Of a stretch of DNA of 64,000 bases, positions 44,750 to 54,180 are shown one piece after another. Source of the DNA: Dehalococcoidia bacterium (GTDB lineage: Bacteria > Chloroflexota > Dehalococcoidia > Bin125); NCBI GenBank assembly GCA_965217625.1, contig OZ244557.1:1469827-1533826 (forward strand). Direction: 5' to 3'. The position numbers and the translations under genes were made by a program. How positions within the stretch are numbered: the stretch's first letter is position 1; every line of letters starts with the position of its first letter. The notes beneath the pieces were generated by a model. It did not search any database. It saw only the letters and a list, made by a program, of their open reading frames with translations, and was not told where the DNA came from.

Positions 44750-46195
44750 TTACCGGGGCATCTCGCGCTGATGCAGATCGATCAGCTCGCCGAGGCGGCT
44801 AACGCCCTGCCTCGGCACTCTCCCCCGTTCGTCACTATGCATTATGTCCATCAGCCTCCCAATTCTTCGAGGGTCTGCTGTCTTCGTTCTTTGCGAAATG
44901 CACTGGGGCTGTGTCAAATCCGCACCGTCTCTGAGAAGTTGCAGTTGCGCCAACGCTGGTGCCTGCTCATCCAGGTCTTGTTGGTCCGCAATGTACAAAT
45001 GGCTCTCGATCACATCCAGCACCCGCTCTGTGTCTCTAGTCTGACGCCCGCTGGGATCCGCTGCGTCGATATAATTCATGACATCACTGCCACGACACTT
45101 GCCTGAGAGAAATCGGCGATATAGTCCGGTATTGCCAAGCTTCAGTGCCACAAGCGGCGCAAGCAGCACAGGGTACATAAATCGCCGGACTTCCATGCTC
45201 TTGGCGAGCAACACTACCAACCGCACACAGTAGTCTATATCCCTGAGGGATAGTCCCACGCGGTCACAGATCACCGAGAAGGCTGTGGCGAACACATCAA
45301 GTTCTTCGGTGTGCAGTCTTGTGTTGCCTTCCTTGCCGAGCTCCTCAAAGAACTCCGCCAGTCCGTACCTGTCGATCATGTGCTTGCAGAATGGCTCTGA
45401 GCTCACTTCTGACAGCGTGAGCTCCATATCGAAGAAGCGCCGGAGGTAGACATCCGCGTCGATCCCTCCATAGACCGACTGGAGGGCCGAGCAGAGTTCA
45501 GTCCGGTTCACGCCAAACACGAACACCATGTGGGGTACGTCGAAGATGTGCTTGACCCTCTCCAACAGCTCGATGGCGAAGGTCGGGCGACATCTGTCCA
45601 GCTCATCAATGATGAAGACCAGAGGGTGCTCGGTCTTCCGATGCACTTCCGATGCCAGGTCCCGCAAGGACTCCCTCAGCTCATCCTTGCTGGCTCGCTG
45701 CGCAGCATAGGCACCGAGAAGATTCCCTTGATCCGGTCCCCTCGGCTCTACCTGGAACGTGATCCCGACTTGTTTGCTTAGGACCCCCAGCACGTTCTGG
45801 CGGATCAGTGGTACGGCAGCCTTGGCAATCCGGCCAGCCATGTCCTTGAGTTCCGATCCGCTGAAGTACGCCGAGAGCTGGCCGAGGATCGCTAGAAGTG
45901 GGTCGTCGCAGAAGTCGTCTTCCCAGGCATTGAAATAGATGGCTCTGAAGCCATCGCTCTGCAACTCCGCCTGCCAGCGCTGGAGGAAGAATGTCTTACC
46001 TGTCCCCCAATGGCCATGGACGCTGAGCACGAACGGGGATTCCTGATCGCGGACGACGTTGGTCAACCGTTCGGCGACCTCCGCCCGATTGAGGACATCA
46101 TCGTGCCATGGTTTCCCTGCCGAAACATCCGGCTCCAGCACCTTCAAGCTCAATGGGTCACGAGTCTTCGCTGCGGGCGTACCATCTTCGCTCAT
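44750..46195 (-). CDS. KAP-family P-loop NTPase
   Basis: Walker A HGHWGTGKTFFL. Walker B FIIDELDRC. Size and architecture typical of KAP NTPases. Locally depressed GC (about 55-60% versus about 70%). Confidence 0.8.
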   Translation of the reverse strand: MSEDGTPAAKTRDPLSLKVLEPDVSAGKPWHDDVLNRAEVAERLTNVVRDQESPFVLSVHGHWGTGKTFFLQRWQAELQSDGFRAIYFNAWEDDFCDDPLLAILGQLSAYFSGSELKDMAGRIAKAAVPLIRQNVLGVLSKQVGITFQVEPRGPDQGNLLGAYAAQRASKDELRESLRDLASEVHRKTEHPLVFIIDELDRCRPTFAIELLERVKHIFDVPHMVFVFGVNRTELCSALQSVYGGIDADVYLRRFFDMELTLSEVSSEPFCKHMIDRYGLAEFFEELGKEGNTRLHTEELDVFATAFSVICDRVGLSLRDIDYCVRLVVLLAKSMEVRRFMYPVLLAPLVALKLGNTGLYRRFLSGKCRGSDVMNYIDAADPSGRQTRDTERVLDVIESHLYIADQQDLDEQAPALAQLQLLRDGADLTQPQCISQRTKTADPRRIGRLMDIMHSDERGRVPRQGVSRLGELIDLHQREMPR

Positions 46196-46378
46196 TGTTG
46201 GACTCCACTACGTTCTCGGTCGGCCGGTTGCTGGGGTCTCAGTCTCCGCGCTGAGCATATCCACAGCTACGCCTTGGGACAGGCACATGGGCCGCGGCAT
46301 GCACGACCACCGCGTGAAGTCGGCACCGACGACGACTTTGCCGCAACAGGGCGGCTAGCAACCAACCGCCCCACCCCA

Positions 46379-48595
46379 TCACACCCCCACGCCCGACGGC
46401 CACCAATTCCAGCGACCGACGACCTTCACCAGCGCCGGGACGATCAAGGTGCGTGTGACGAACGTGTCGATCAGGACGCCGGTGGCGACGGCGAAGCCCA
46501 GCTGCATGAGGTCTTGCAGGGGCAGCAGCATGAGCGCGGAGAAGGTGCCGGCCAGGATGAGGCCGGCGGAGGTGATGACGGGGCCGGTGCGGGCGAGCGC
46601 GTGCGCGGTCGCCTCGGCGAGGGGGGCGCGGCGGACCTCCTCGCGGATGCGGGACATGAGGTAGATGTTGTAATCGACGCTGAGGGCGTTGAGGAAGACG
46701 AAGAGGAAGAAGGGCACGCTCTCGCCGATGCCGCCGTGACCGAGCAGCAGGATGAACACCGCGACGGCGAGGCCGAGCGTCGCGAAGTAGGTGAAGGCGA
46801 TGGTGGCCATCAGGTAGAGCGGCGCGACGGCCGAGCGCAGGAGCAGCGCCAGCACGACGCCGATCGCGAGCAGGATGGCCGGCAGGACGACCAACGCATC
46901 GCGGTTGCCGGCGGCGCGGGTGTCGGCCGCCTCGGGCGTGTCGCCGCCGACGAGGACGCTGCCCGGCGGGAGGCCGGCCGCGGCCGCGCTTTCGCGGGCG
47001 ACATCGCGCAGCTCCGCCACGGCGTCGAGCGCATCGGCGGCGTAGGGGTTCATCGCCAGCACGACGTCGATGCGGGCGGCGCCGCCGTCGGGCGAGACGA
47101 AGCGCGACCGGGCGGCGTCGGGAGGCCCGGGGCCGCCGCCCGGTCCGGCCGTGCCGAAGGGGCGGCTGGGGCCCGACGCCCCGGCGACGTCGGGATGCCC
47201 GGCCAGGGCGAGCGTCAGAGCGTCGATCCGCTCCAGCGACGCCGGGTCCAGCGCGTGGTCGCCGGGCGGGAGCGAGACGTAGACGCGCGTGGGGGAGAGT
47301 TCGCCGGCCGGGAAGCCGCCCCGCAGCAGCTCGAAGCTGCGCACCGATTCGGTGTCGTCGGGCAGGCTCTCCAGCCGGTCGTAGTTGGGGCGGAAGGCGA
47401 GCAGGCCGGCGATGAGCACGCTGAGGGCCAGGGCTGTGCAGGCGAGCGTCGTGCCGGGGCGCCGCAGCACGACCGCGCCGATGCGCCCGTAGACGCTGCG
47501 CCGCCAGTCGGCCGCGGCGGCGGGCCGGGGGTCGAGGCGGGGCTGCATCGGCCAGTAGGCGCGGCGCCCGACGACCGTCAGCACGGCCGGGATCAGGGTG
47601 AGCGCGGCGAGCATCATCAGCGCGACGGCCAGCGCGATGACCGGCCCGAGCGTCTGGTAGGAGCGCAGGCTGGCGAAGCCGAGCGCGGCGGAGGCGACGA
47701 GGATGGTCGCGCCGGCGGAGGCGACGGCGCCGCCGACGCCGCGCATCGTGCGGCGCATCGCCTCGTGGCGGTCGCCGTGGCGGGTCAGCTCCTCGCGGAA
47801 GCGCGCCGAGACGAAGAGCACGTAGTCGGTGCCGGTGCCGAACAGCACGACGGTCATGATGCCGGTGGCCTGGCCGGAGATGGGCAGGTCGAACTGCTGG
47901 GCGACCCAGGCGCCGATCCCGCCGGCCAGCTGGAAGACGAGCCCGACGCCCAGCAGCGGGATGACGGCGACGATGGGCGATCGGTAGATGGCGAGCAGCA
48001 GCGCGAGGACGAGCGCGACGGTCACGAGCAGGAGGACGGTGTCGATCTGCGCGAAGACGCCCACGAGGTCGACGACCAGCCCGCCGGGCCCGCCCACGGC
48101 CACCTCGACGCCGGGCAGGTCGAGCGCCGCCGTGCGGTCGCGGATCGCGTCGACGGTGTCGATGAAGGGCGGCTCGGCCGGTTCGCCGGCGATGTCGGCG
48201 AGGACGTAGAGCGTCGTGCGGTCGGGCGAGACGAGGGGGGAGCCGGGGTCGCCGGCGTCGGGCGCGCGCACGTGGATGACGTTGCCCGGGGCGCCGGGGC
48301 CGGTCAGCCAGCCGGCGAGATCGGCCGCGGCGGCGAAGGTCGCCGGGCGGAGCCCGTCCGGCTCGCGGAAGACGGCCAGGACGGGCGTCCCGGCCGACGG
48401 GAACCGCTCCCGCGCGAAGTCGTAGGCGCGGGTCGATTCGGCGTCGGCGGGGAGGAAGAGCGCGGCCTCGTTCTCGCGCACGTCGCTGAGGCGCGGCAGC
48501 TGCGAGATCAGCAGCCCCGCGACCACGAGCCAGACGAGCAGCGTGACCCACTTGCCGCGCGGACTGCTCGCGAAGTCGGTGATGCGACCGAGCAC
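46379..48595 (-). CDS. MMPL-family (RND superfamily) membrane transporter
   Basis: 738 aa, two 6-TM bundles separated by soluble loops. MMPL-like N-terminus MLGRITDFASSPRGKWVTLLVWLVVAGLL. Confidence 0.8.
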   Translation of the reverse strand: MLGRITDFASSPRGKWVTLLVWLVVAGLLISQLPRLSDVRENEAALFLPADAESTRAYDFARERFPSAGTPVLAVFREPDGLRPATFAAAADLAGWLTGPGAPGNVIHVRAPDAGDPGSPLVSPDRTTLYVLADIAGEPAEPPFIDTVDAIRDRTAALDLPGVEVAVGGPGGLVVDLVGVFAQIDTVLLLVTVALVLALLLAIYRSPIVAVIPLLGVGLVFQLAGGIGAWVAQQFDLPISGQATGIMTVVLFGTGTDYVLFVSARFREELTRHGDRHEAMRRTMRGVGGAVASAGATILVASAALGFASLRSYQTLGPVIALAVALMMLAALTLIPAVLTVVGRRAYWPMQPRLDPRPAAAADWRRSVYGRIGAVVLRRPGTTLACTALALSVLIAGLLAFRPNYDRLESLPDDTESVRSFELLRGGFPAGELSPTRVYVSLPPGDHALDPASLERIDALTLALAGHPDVAGASGPSRPFGTAGPGGGPGPPDAARSRFVSPDGGAARIDVVLAMNPYAADALDAVAELRDVARESAAAAGLPPGSVLVGGDTPEAADTRAAGNRDALVVLPAILLAIGVVLALLLRSAVAPLYLMATIAFTYFATLGLAVAVFILLLGHGGIGESVPFFLFVFLNALSVDYNIYLMSRIREEVRRAPLAEATAHALARTGPVITSAGLILAGTFSALMLLPLQDLMQLGFAVATGVLIDTFVTRTLIVPALVKVVGRWNWWPSGVGV

Positions 48596-48646
48596 AAGGG
48601 ACTCCCTGCGAGTCGAGAGAGGATGTCACGCAAAAATAAGGTGGGG

Positions 48647-48722
48647 TGGTGGGCCCTCAGGGGTTCGAACCCTGGACCTTCGGATTAAAAGTCCGCTGCT
48701 CTACCAGCTGAGCTAAGGGCCC
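48647..48722 (-). tRNA. tRNA-Lys (anticodon UUU), CCA encoded
   Basis: GGGCCCUUAGCUCAGCUGGUAGAGCAGCGGACUUUUAAUCCGAAGGUCCAGGGUUCGAACCCCUGAGGGCCCACCA. Clean cloverleaf, 7-bp acceptor stem, TpsiC GGUUCGAAC, anticodon loop CUUUUAA. Confidence 0.9.
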
Positions 48723-48897
48723 CCTGCCAGTCTGGCGCACGGCCCGGCGGGGCGTCGAGGGGGACGGGGAGGCCAGGACCGCCCGGCGACCAACCGCGAG
48801 GACGCCGCGCTGCTCAAGGCCGCGCGAACCGTCGAGAATGACGGAGCGGCGGCGAGACGCCACACGTACATTAGCAGCCTCTTCACCTGTGCCACGA

Positions 48898-50667
48898 TCA
48901 GATGCCGTTGGCGAACGGCCACACCTCTGTCACGAGTTTGGCTAGTTCTCCGCTCCGCTTCCGAATAGTCTCCTCGTTCCAAATTCGTGGCGGATCCTTC
49001 AATAGCACCCAGTTCAGACGCAAGGCGGTGTGCTTCTCCAGGGTCACCATCTTTTGATCCCACGGATCGTTCGACAGCGATGCATTCAGTTTTCCGGTAA
49101 CAAGTGTTAGGTTGCCAAGTTCCTTGACGGCTTGGTCTCGAGCGTTTTCTGCTTCGTCTCCACTGATGCCGGCTGGCAATGGCCAGTTCTTTCGCCATGC
49201 TTGTGGCATTATGTGCTCTCTGGTCAACTTGCCCTGATTCAGTGGTTCGGTCATGCCGCTCCTGAGCTGCGACTCAATGGCCTTCAGCACCATCGTCTGC
49301 CTTCCGATAGTGCCCCGTAGTGGGGTTCCGACGAGACTCTCTTCCAGCATTGAGTCTCTCGGCCAGATGCGGTTATCGACGGTCTGCTCATTCAGAAAGT
49401 CAATGATCACCTGGTCGGTCGTGGAAGAGCCACTTCCTTCTGCTCTTACCAGCAGTTCTACAAAAAGCCTGTTGAGCCCCTGCGACGGAACACCGCAAAG
49501 CATTCGCCGGACAAGGTAGCTCTCGATGGCCCGAGTGCTCCGTTCGCGTATATCGCCAGGGATATCTGTAGTATAGAGCCACATTAGAAGTGGCATCGTA
49601 ACACCGATTTCCATCTCCTTCATGCGGCCGAGGAACGCCTCAATCCCTGGAGTCCTCGCCTCTTCCAGGTCTTGATAGACCTGCCCAGCATCCCCGATGT
49701 CTGTAGCAACCTCTTCGATCGGCAGGTCACTGTCCGCCAAGAACCGACTGAACTCAGTAGACACGCTATCCGCGTTCACTTCATGCGTCCGAGTCCGCAT
49801 AATCACCCAGTAGTTCAGGAAGCGGTCCAGGTGGATACGGCTGATCCTTCCTTCATTCGTGCTGCCGCGCCACCACTCATTCGTGTCGAAACTTCCCCAG
49901 AGCTCTGTCGCCTTGGCCGCGTCATCGATCACGTTCGCCTCGTACATGACGGTGTTCTTGATGTGGTCAGACTCCTTCAACGGTTCAGCCCTGGCATTGA
50001 GGACAGAGAATATGAAGTGTGGTCTCTCACCCTCATCGAGATCAACAGTAGCCAGTTGCAGATACTCGGTGAGAACGGTTTCCAGCGCATCGGCTCGAGC
50101 ATCTCTGTTTGCGGGCTCTTCGTTCAGCCATGTTTCTATTGCCTGCGTGAAGAATTGATACGCCTTCCCAATAGAGCGCAAGGGCTTGCTCGTCTCGCTT
50201 AGGCCCCGCATGACATCTTGGAAGGACTGCAAATCATTGGCGTTAGACTGACGGACCTTGGTGTCGTCGTCAGCAGCCCTGCCCTGCTCCTGGTCACTAT
50301 TCAAAGTGAGCTGAGACATTCGGGTTGCTCTTTGGGTATCGTTGAGGTTCTGGAACGATTGTTGGGCCGCTCTAATCAGGAGTTGCAGAGTTGTCAGGCG
50401 CTGTTGACCGTCAACGACGATACGTTTCACAACGTGACCTGATTTGGCACTCTGCAATTGCAGCACGATGGCTCCCATGAAGTGGGGTGGGATTGTTTCC
50501 CCTGTCTTTGCTTCGAGGAGCTGTTCGGCGATCCGTTGAGCATCGCTCCAAAGTGGTTGCCACTGCCTTTCCTTCGTCCATGCGTAGGGACGTTGGAACA
50601 CTGGTATGCGATATGAGACAGGGGTGCCGAAGAGGCCCTTCAGGGTCTGTATGGCGGCTTCCATCAT
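48898..50667 (-). CDS. GmrSD-family type IV (modification-dependent) restriction endonuclease, DUF262 (ParB-like) plus DUF1524 (HNH-like)
   Basis: N-terminal FQRPYAW...DGQQRLTT (DUF262). C-terminal REHIMPQ (DUF1524 His-Me). Low local GC (about 53-55%). GGGAGGAG SD. Confidence 0.75.
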   Translation of the reverse strand: MMEAAIQTLKGLFGTPVSYRIPVFQRPYAWTKERQWQPLWSDAQRIAEQLLEAKTGETIPPHFMGAIVLQLQSAKSGHVVKRIVVDGQQRLTTLQLLIRAAQQSFQNLNDTQRATRMSQLTLNSDQEQGRAADDDTKVRQSNANDLQSFQDVMRGLSETSKPLRSIGKAYQFFTQAIETWLNEEPANRDARADALETVLTEYLQLATVDLDEGERPHFIFSVLNARAEPLKESDHIKNTVMYEANVIDDAAKATELWGSFDTNEWWRGSTNEGRISRIHLDRFLNYWVIMRTRTHEVNADSVSTEFSRFLADSDLPIEEVATDIGDAGQVYQDLEEARTPGIEAFLGRMKEMEIGVTMPLLMWLYTTDIPGDIRERSTRAIESYLVRRMLCGVPSQGLNRLFVELLVRAEGSGSSTTDQVIIDFLNEQTVDNRIWPRDSMLEESLVGTPLRGTIGRQTMVLKAIESQLRSGMTEPLNQGKLTREHIMPQAWRKNWPLPAGISGDEAENARDQAVKELGNLTLVTGKLNASLSNDPWDQKMVTLEKHTALRLNWVLLKDPPRIWNEETIRKRSGELAKLVTEVWPFANGI

Positions 50668-50697
50668 TAACTCCTCCCGGAAGGATGGCGGGCGCTG

Positions 50698-51672
50698 CTA
50701 GGAGCGCTCGAAGACGAGCTGGAACTCCATGATGCCGTGGTCGTCGATCGCCAGCACGATGAAGGCGCTGGGCGAGTCCATGTCGTAGTCGGCGAAGACG
50801 ATCTCGATCGACCCCACGACCGCCACCCGATCCCCGACGAGCTGGCCTTCCATCGGAATCTGCACCTCGCGCGTGACGCCGTGCAGCGTCAGGTCGCCCG
50901 TGGCCGTGACCGACAGCGTCTCCCCCTCGGCGGGCGCCGCATCGATGGGGATGGGCTCGGTGAGCGTGAAGGTGGTCGAGGGGTAGGTGTTCGTCTCAAG
51001 CGCCTGGCGGCGCAGGGCGCCGTCGCGGCGGCTGTCGTCGCTGGTGAGCGCGGTGAGGTCGACCTCGATGACGACCTCAGTGATCGCGGCGCCGTCGAAG
51101 ACGAGCGACCCCGTCAGGACCGTCGAGCGCCCAACGGCCGTCGTGGCGCCGATGCGCGCGAGTTCCTCCTCGACGCGGTAGCCGGCGAAGGACGACCCGT
51201 CGGCGAGCACCTCCCAGCGTCCGACGAGGCCGGCGTCGGCGGGGGCGTCCTCCTCGGTGGCTTCGTCAGCGGGGGCGTCGTCAGCGGGGGCTTCGGGTTC
51301 GGCCGTCGTCTCGGCCGCGGCGTCTTCAGCTTCTTCTGCTGCTTCTTGTGCCGCCGCCGCGGGGGCGCTGCCTTCGTCGCTCTGGGCGGTCGCGGAATCG
51401 GCGGCCGGCTCGTCCGCCTCGGGCTCCACCTCTGACTCGACCGGGGCGGCCTGCTCGGCGGCGGCCTGCTCGGCGGGGGCCGCGTCGGCATCGGATTCGG
51501 TGGGGGTGTCCGCGTCCGACGCCTGGGCGGCGGCCACGGCCTGCTCGAGCGCAACGGGCGGCGGGGCGTCGCCGCGCAGCACGAAGTACCAGACGGCGAT
51601 CACGATCACCGCGACGGCCAGCAGCGCGGCGCCACCACCGAGAACGAGTCGTCTCCTGGTCAGTTCCGGCAT
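50698..51672 (-). CDS. YceI-family (polyisoprenoid-binding-like) protein with N-terminal TM anchor and acidic linker
   Basis: C-terminal ~180 aa match the YceI domain (GRWEVLADGSSFAGYRVEE...LTLHGVTREVQIP). TM LAVAVIVIAVWYFVL. Confidence 0.7.
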   Translation of the reverse strand: MPELTRRRLVLGGGAALLAVAVIVIAVWYFVLRGDAPPPVALEQAVAAAQASDADTPTESDADAAPAEQAAAEQAAPVESEVEPEADEPAADSATAQSDEGSAPAAAAQEAAEEAEDAAAETTAEPEAPADDAPADEATEEDAPADAGLVGRWEVLADGSSFAGYRVEEELARIGATTAVGRSTVLTGSLVFDGAAITEVVIEVDLTALTSDDSRRDGALRRQALETNTYPSTTFTLTEPIPIDAAPAEGETLSVTATGDLTLHGVTREVQIPMEGQLVGDRVAVVGSIEIVFADYDMDSPSAFIVLAIDDHGIMEFQLVFERS

Positions 51673-51788
51673 CGTGGACCCCTCCGAACTCGCGCCCGCC
51701 CAGCCTATCCCGCCGAGCGCGCTTCGTGCGCCAGCGTCAGACGCGCTAGCCTCGGTCGTGGACGGCGATCGCGGAGAGGAGCACGGCG

Positions 51789-52241
51789 ATGACGACGGCG
51801 ATGAGCAAGCAGGAGCGGGAGGCGTTTCTGGCCGAGGTGCGCGTGGGCATCCTCAGCGTGCCGCAGCCCGGCCTCGGGCCGCTGGCGGCGCCGATCTGGT
51901 ACGCGTACGAGCCGGGCGGCGACGTGCTGGTCCTGACGGGCCGCGACAGCCGCAAGGGCCGCCTGCTGGCCCCCGGCGTTCGCGTGAGCCTGTGCGTGCA
52001 GACCGAGACCCGCCCGTACAAGTACGTCACGGTCGAGGGCCCGGTGGTCGCCATCGATGCGCGGGACGTGGATCGGGATCTGCGGCCGATGGCGGTCCGC
52101 TACCTGGGCCGCGAGCAGGGCGACCAGTACGCGGCGGCGGCCGCGAGCGCCACGATGGACAGCGTGCTGGTGCGCATCCGCCCCGAGCACTGGCTCACGG
52201 TCGACTACGGCAAGGCGGAACCGTCGGGGGACGGCGGCTGA
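51789..52241 (+). CDS. Pyridoxamine 5'-phosphate oxidase-like / F420-dependent PPOX-class protein
   Basis: EREAFLAEVRVGILSV...APIWYAYEPGGDVLVLTGRDSRKGR is the PPOX split-barrel family. GAGGAG SD. Confidence 0.7.
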   Translation: MTTAMSKQEREAFLAEVRVGILSVPQPGLGPLAAPIWYAYEPGGDVLVLTGRDSRKGRLLAPGVRVSLCVQTETRPYKYVTVEGPVVAIDARDVDRDLRPMAVRYLGREQGDQYAAAAASATMDSVLVRIRPEHWLTVDYGKAEPSGDGG

Positions 52242-52265
52242 GGGGAGCGGGGCGACGTCGCGGCG

Positions 52266-53162
52266 CTACGGCCTTCGCGACCGCACCTCTGTGTTCATCG
52301 TCTCCTCATACACACGCATCAGCGCGGTCGTGTTCTCACCGCCGTGTCCCATGGCCCGGGCCATGCGCATGAGGTTGTGCACCTGCGGGCTGAGGGATAC
52401 GGGGACGTTCAGTTCATCGGCCAGCTCGAGCGCCAGGTGCATGTCCTTGTACGCGAGATCGAGCGCGAAGGTCGGGGACCAATCACCGGCGAGCGTGTTC
52501 TTCGCGAGGCTGTGAAAGGCTCCGCTGTCGCCGGTCGAGTTGCGGACCACCCGATCGAGGACGTCGGGATCGACGCCGGCAACGGCGCCGAGCAAGAGTC
52601 CTTCGGCGGCGGCGGCCATATTGCAAAACGCCAGCATATTGTTGACGAGTTTCGCGATGCAGCCGGTGCCCACGTCCCCAGTATGGATGATGTTCTTGCC
52701 GAACGACTCCAGCACGCCCCGATACGTCTCCAGCGCCGCTTGGTCACCCCCGACCATGACCGTCAACGTGCGCTCCTCGGCGCCGGCCACTCCACCACTC
52801 ACCGGCGCGTCCAGCATGGTGATGCCCTTGGTTCGCAGCTGCCCCGCGACGGTGCGAGCCACCGCGGGTGAGTTGGTGCTCAGATCGAAGTACACCGTGC
52901 CCGGCCGGGCGTGGCCCTCGATGCCCTCCGCGCCCAGCGCGACCGTCTCGACATCCCGCGGGCGCGGCAGGGAAGTCAGCACGACGTCGGCATCCCTCAC
53001 CGCGTCCGCGACCGACGTCGCGGCGATGCCGCCCACGTCGGTGCAGCGCTTCACCGCGTCGGGGTTGAGGTCGAATACCGCCACGTCGGCGCCGCTGTGC
53101 CGAATCACATGGCGACACATGGGCCCGCCGATGTTGCCGGTTCCGATGAATCCGATCTTCAT
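52266..53162 (-). CDS. NAD(P)-dependent 3-hydroxyisobutyrate dehydrogenase-family oxidoreductase (MmsB/GarR-like)
   Basis: MKIGFIGTGNIGGPMCRH Rossmann motif. Family-typical length (298 aa). GGAG SD before the ATG at 53162. The track ORF has a 52-aa false N-terminal extension. Confidence 0.85.
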   Translation of the reverse strand: MKIGFIGTGNIGGPMCRHVIRHSGADVAVFDLNPDAVKRCTDVGGIAATSVADAVRDADVVLTSLPRPRDVETVALGAEGIEGHARPGTVYFDLSTNSPAVARTVAGQLRTKGITMLDAPVSGGVAGAEERTLTVMVGGDQAALETYRGVLESFGKNIIHTGDVGTGCIAKLVNNMLAFCNMAAAAEGLLLGAVAGVDPDVLDRVVRNSTGDSGAFHSLAKNTLAGDWSPTFALDLAYKDMHLALELADELNVPVSLSPQVHNLMRMARAMGHGGENTTALMRVYEETMNTEVRSRRP

Positions 53163-53250
53163 GCCATCTCCATCCCTCGGAGAGCATACTCGCGCGGCCG
53201 GATCGCCGGCCGTCGAACGATCCGCGATCCTGCGCGGTCCCCGGTCGCTG

Positions 53251-53358
53251 CCTGGGCCGCGAGCAGGGCGATGGACAACGTGCCCGGTGCGCATCCGCCC
53301 CGGGCGCTGGCTCACCATCGGCTACGGTAGGGCGGAACCCTCGGGAGACGGGGGCTAA
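53251..53358 (+). pseudogene. Decayed duplicate of the 3' end of the PPOX gene (52104..52241)
   Basis: cctgggccgcgagcagggcga...gcgcatccgcccc(g/a)(g/a)gc(g/a)ctggctcac...ggcggaacc(c/g)tcggg(a/g)gacgg(g/c)ggctaa aligns to the end of 51789..52241. One ~34-bp deletion. Ends at the same stop position. Confidence 0.6.
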
Positions 53359-53374
53359 GCAGGGAGACGACCCC

Positions 53375-54100
53375 ATGCCCAACCCGATCGACCTCACGCA
53401 GATCCGCGTCCTGACCTGGGACATCGGCGGGACGGTCTTCGACTGGCATCACACGATCCGGGACGAGGTCGCCGGACTGGCCGCGGCCCGCGGCGGCGAC
53501 GTCGACCCCGCGCGCTTCGCCAACACCTGGCGACGGCGCATGTTCCAGGAGCTGGCGCGGGTGCGGAGCGGCGACCTGCCTTGGATGAACGCGGACCAGA
53601 TCCACCGCGGGCTGCTCGACGAGCTGGCGGAGCAGCACCCGTCGCTTGCGCTCTCGCCGGCGGACCTGGATGCGCTCAACGACGTCTGGCACCGGCTGGC
53701 GGCCTGGCCCAACGCCGCCGCCGCGCTGCGCCGGCTGCGGGCACGCTACACCGTCGTCGTGCTGACCGTGATGAGCACGGCCATCGCCGTCGACAGCTCC
53801 AAGCACAACGGCATCGAGTGGGACGGCATCATCTCCTGCGAGTTCCTGGGCCACTACAAGCCCGACCGGGAGGCCTATCTGGGCGGCCTGCGCCTGCTGG
53901 GCGTCGAGCCGGGGCAGGCGATGATGTGCGCCGCCCATCACCGCGACCTGCGCGCCGCGATGGCCGCGGGCCTGCGCTCGGCCTACGTGCCTCGCCCGGG
54001 TGAGAGCGGCGCCGGCAACGACGGCGACCTCTCGCCGCAGCCCGACTTCGACGTCAACGCGCGGGACTTCACCGATCTGGCCGATCAACTGCTGGCCTGA
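53375..54100 (+). CDS. HAD-superfamily hydrolase (haloacid dehalogenase type II-like)
   Basis: LTWDIGGTVFDW motif I region. HYKPDREAY motif. AGGGAGA SD. Confidence 0.75.
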   Translation: MPNPIDLTQIRVLTWDIGGTVFDWHHTIRDEVAGLAAARGGDVDPARFANTWRRRMFQELARVRSGDLPWMNADQIHRGLLDELAEQHPSLALSPADLDALNDVWHRLAAWPNAAAALRRLRARYTVVVLTVMSTAIAVDSSKHNGIEWDGIISCEFLGHYKPDREAYLGGLRLLGVEPGQAMMCAAHHRDLRAAMAAGLRSAYVPRPGESGAGNDGDLSPQPDFDVNARDFTDLADQLLA

Positions 54101-54180
54101 GCGCGCGGGCGCCGTCGGGCGCGCATCCGCGTAGCGTCCGCACGGCGCATGGGGTACGTTCCGGGCGTCAGGAGAGCACG

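Noticed and set aside
46239-48629. 796-aa Arg-rich minus-strand ORF
   Set aside because: It is a frame-shifted overlap of the MMPL gene (46379..48595). The MMPL frame has proper TM and soluble domain structure, the other does not.
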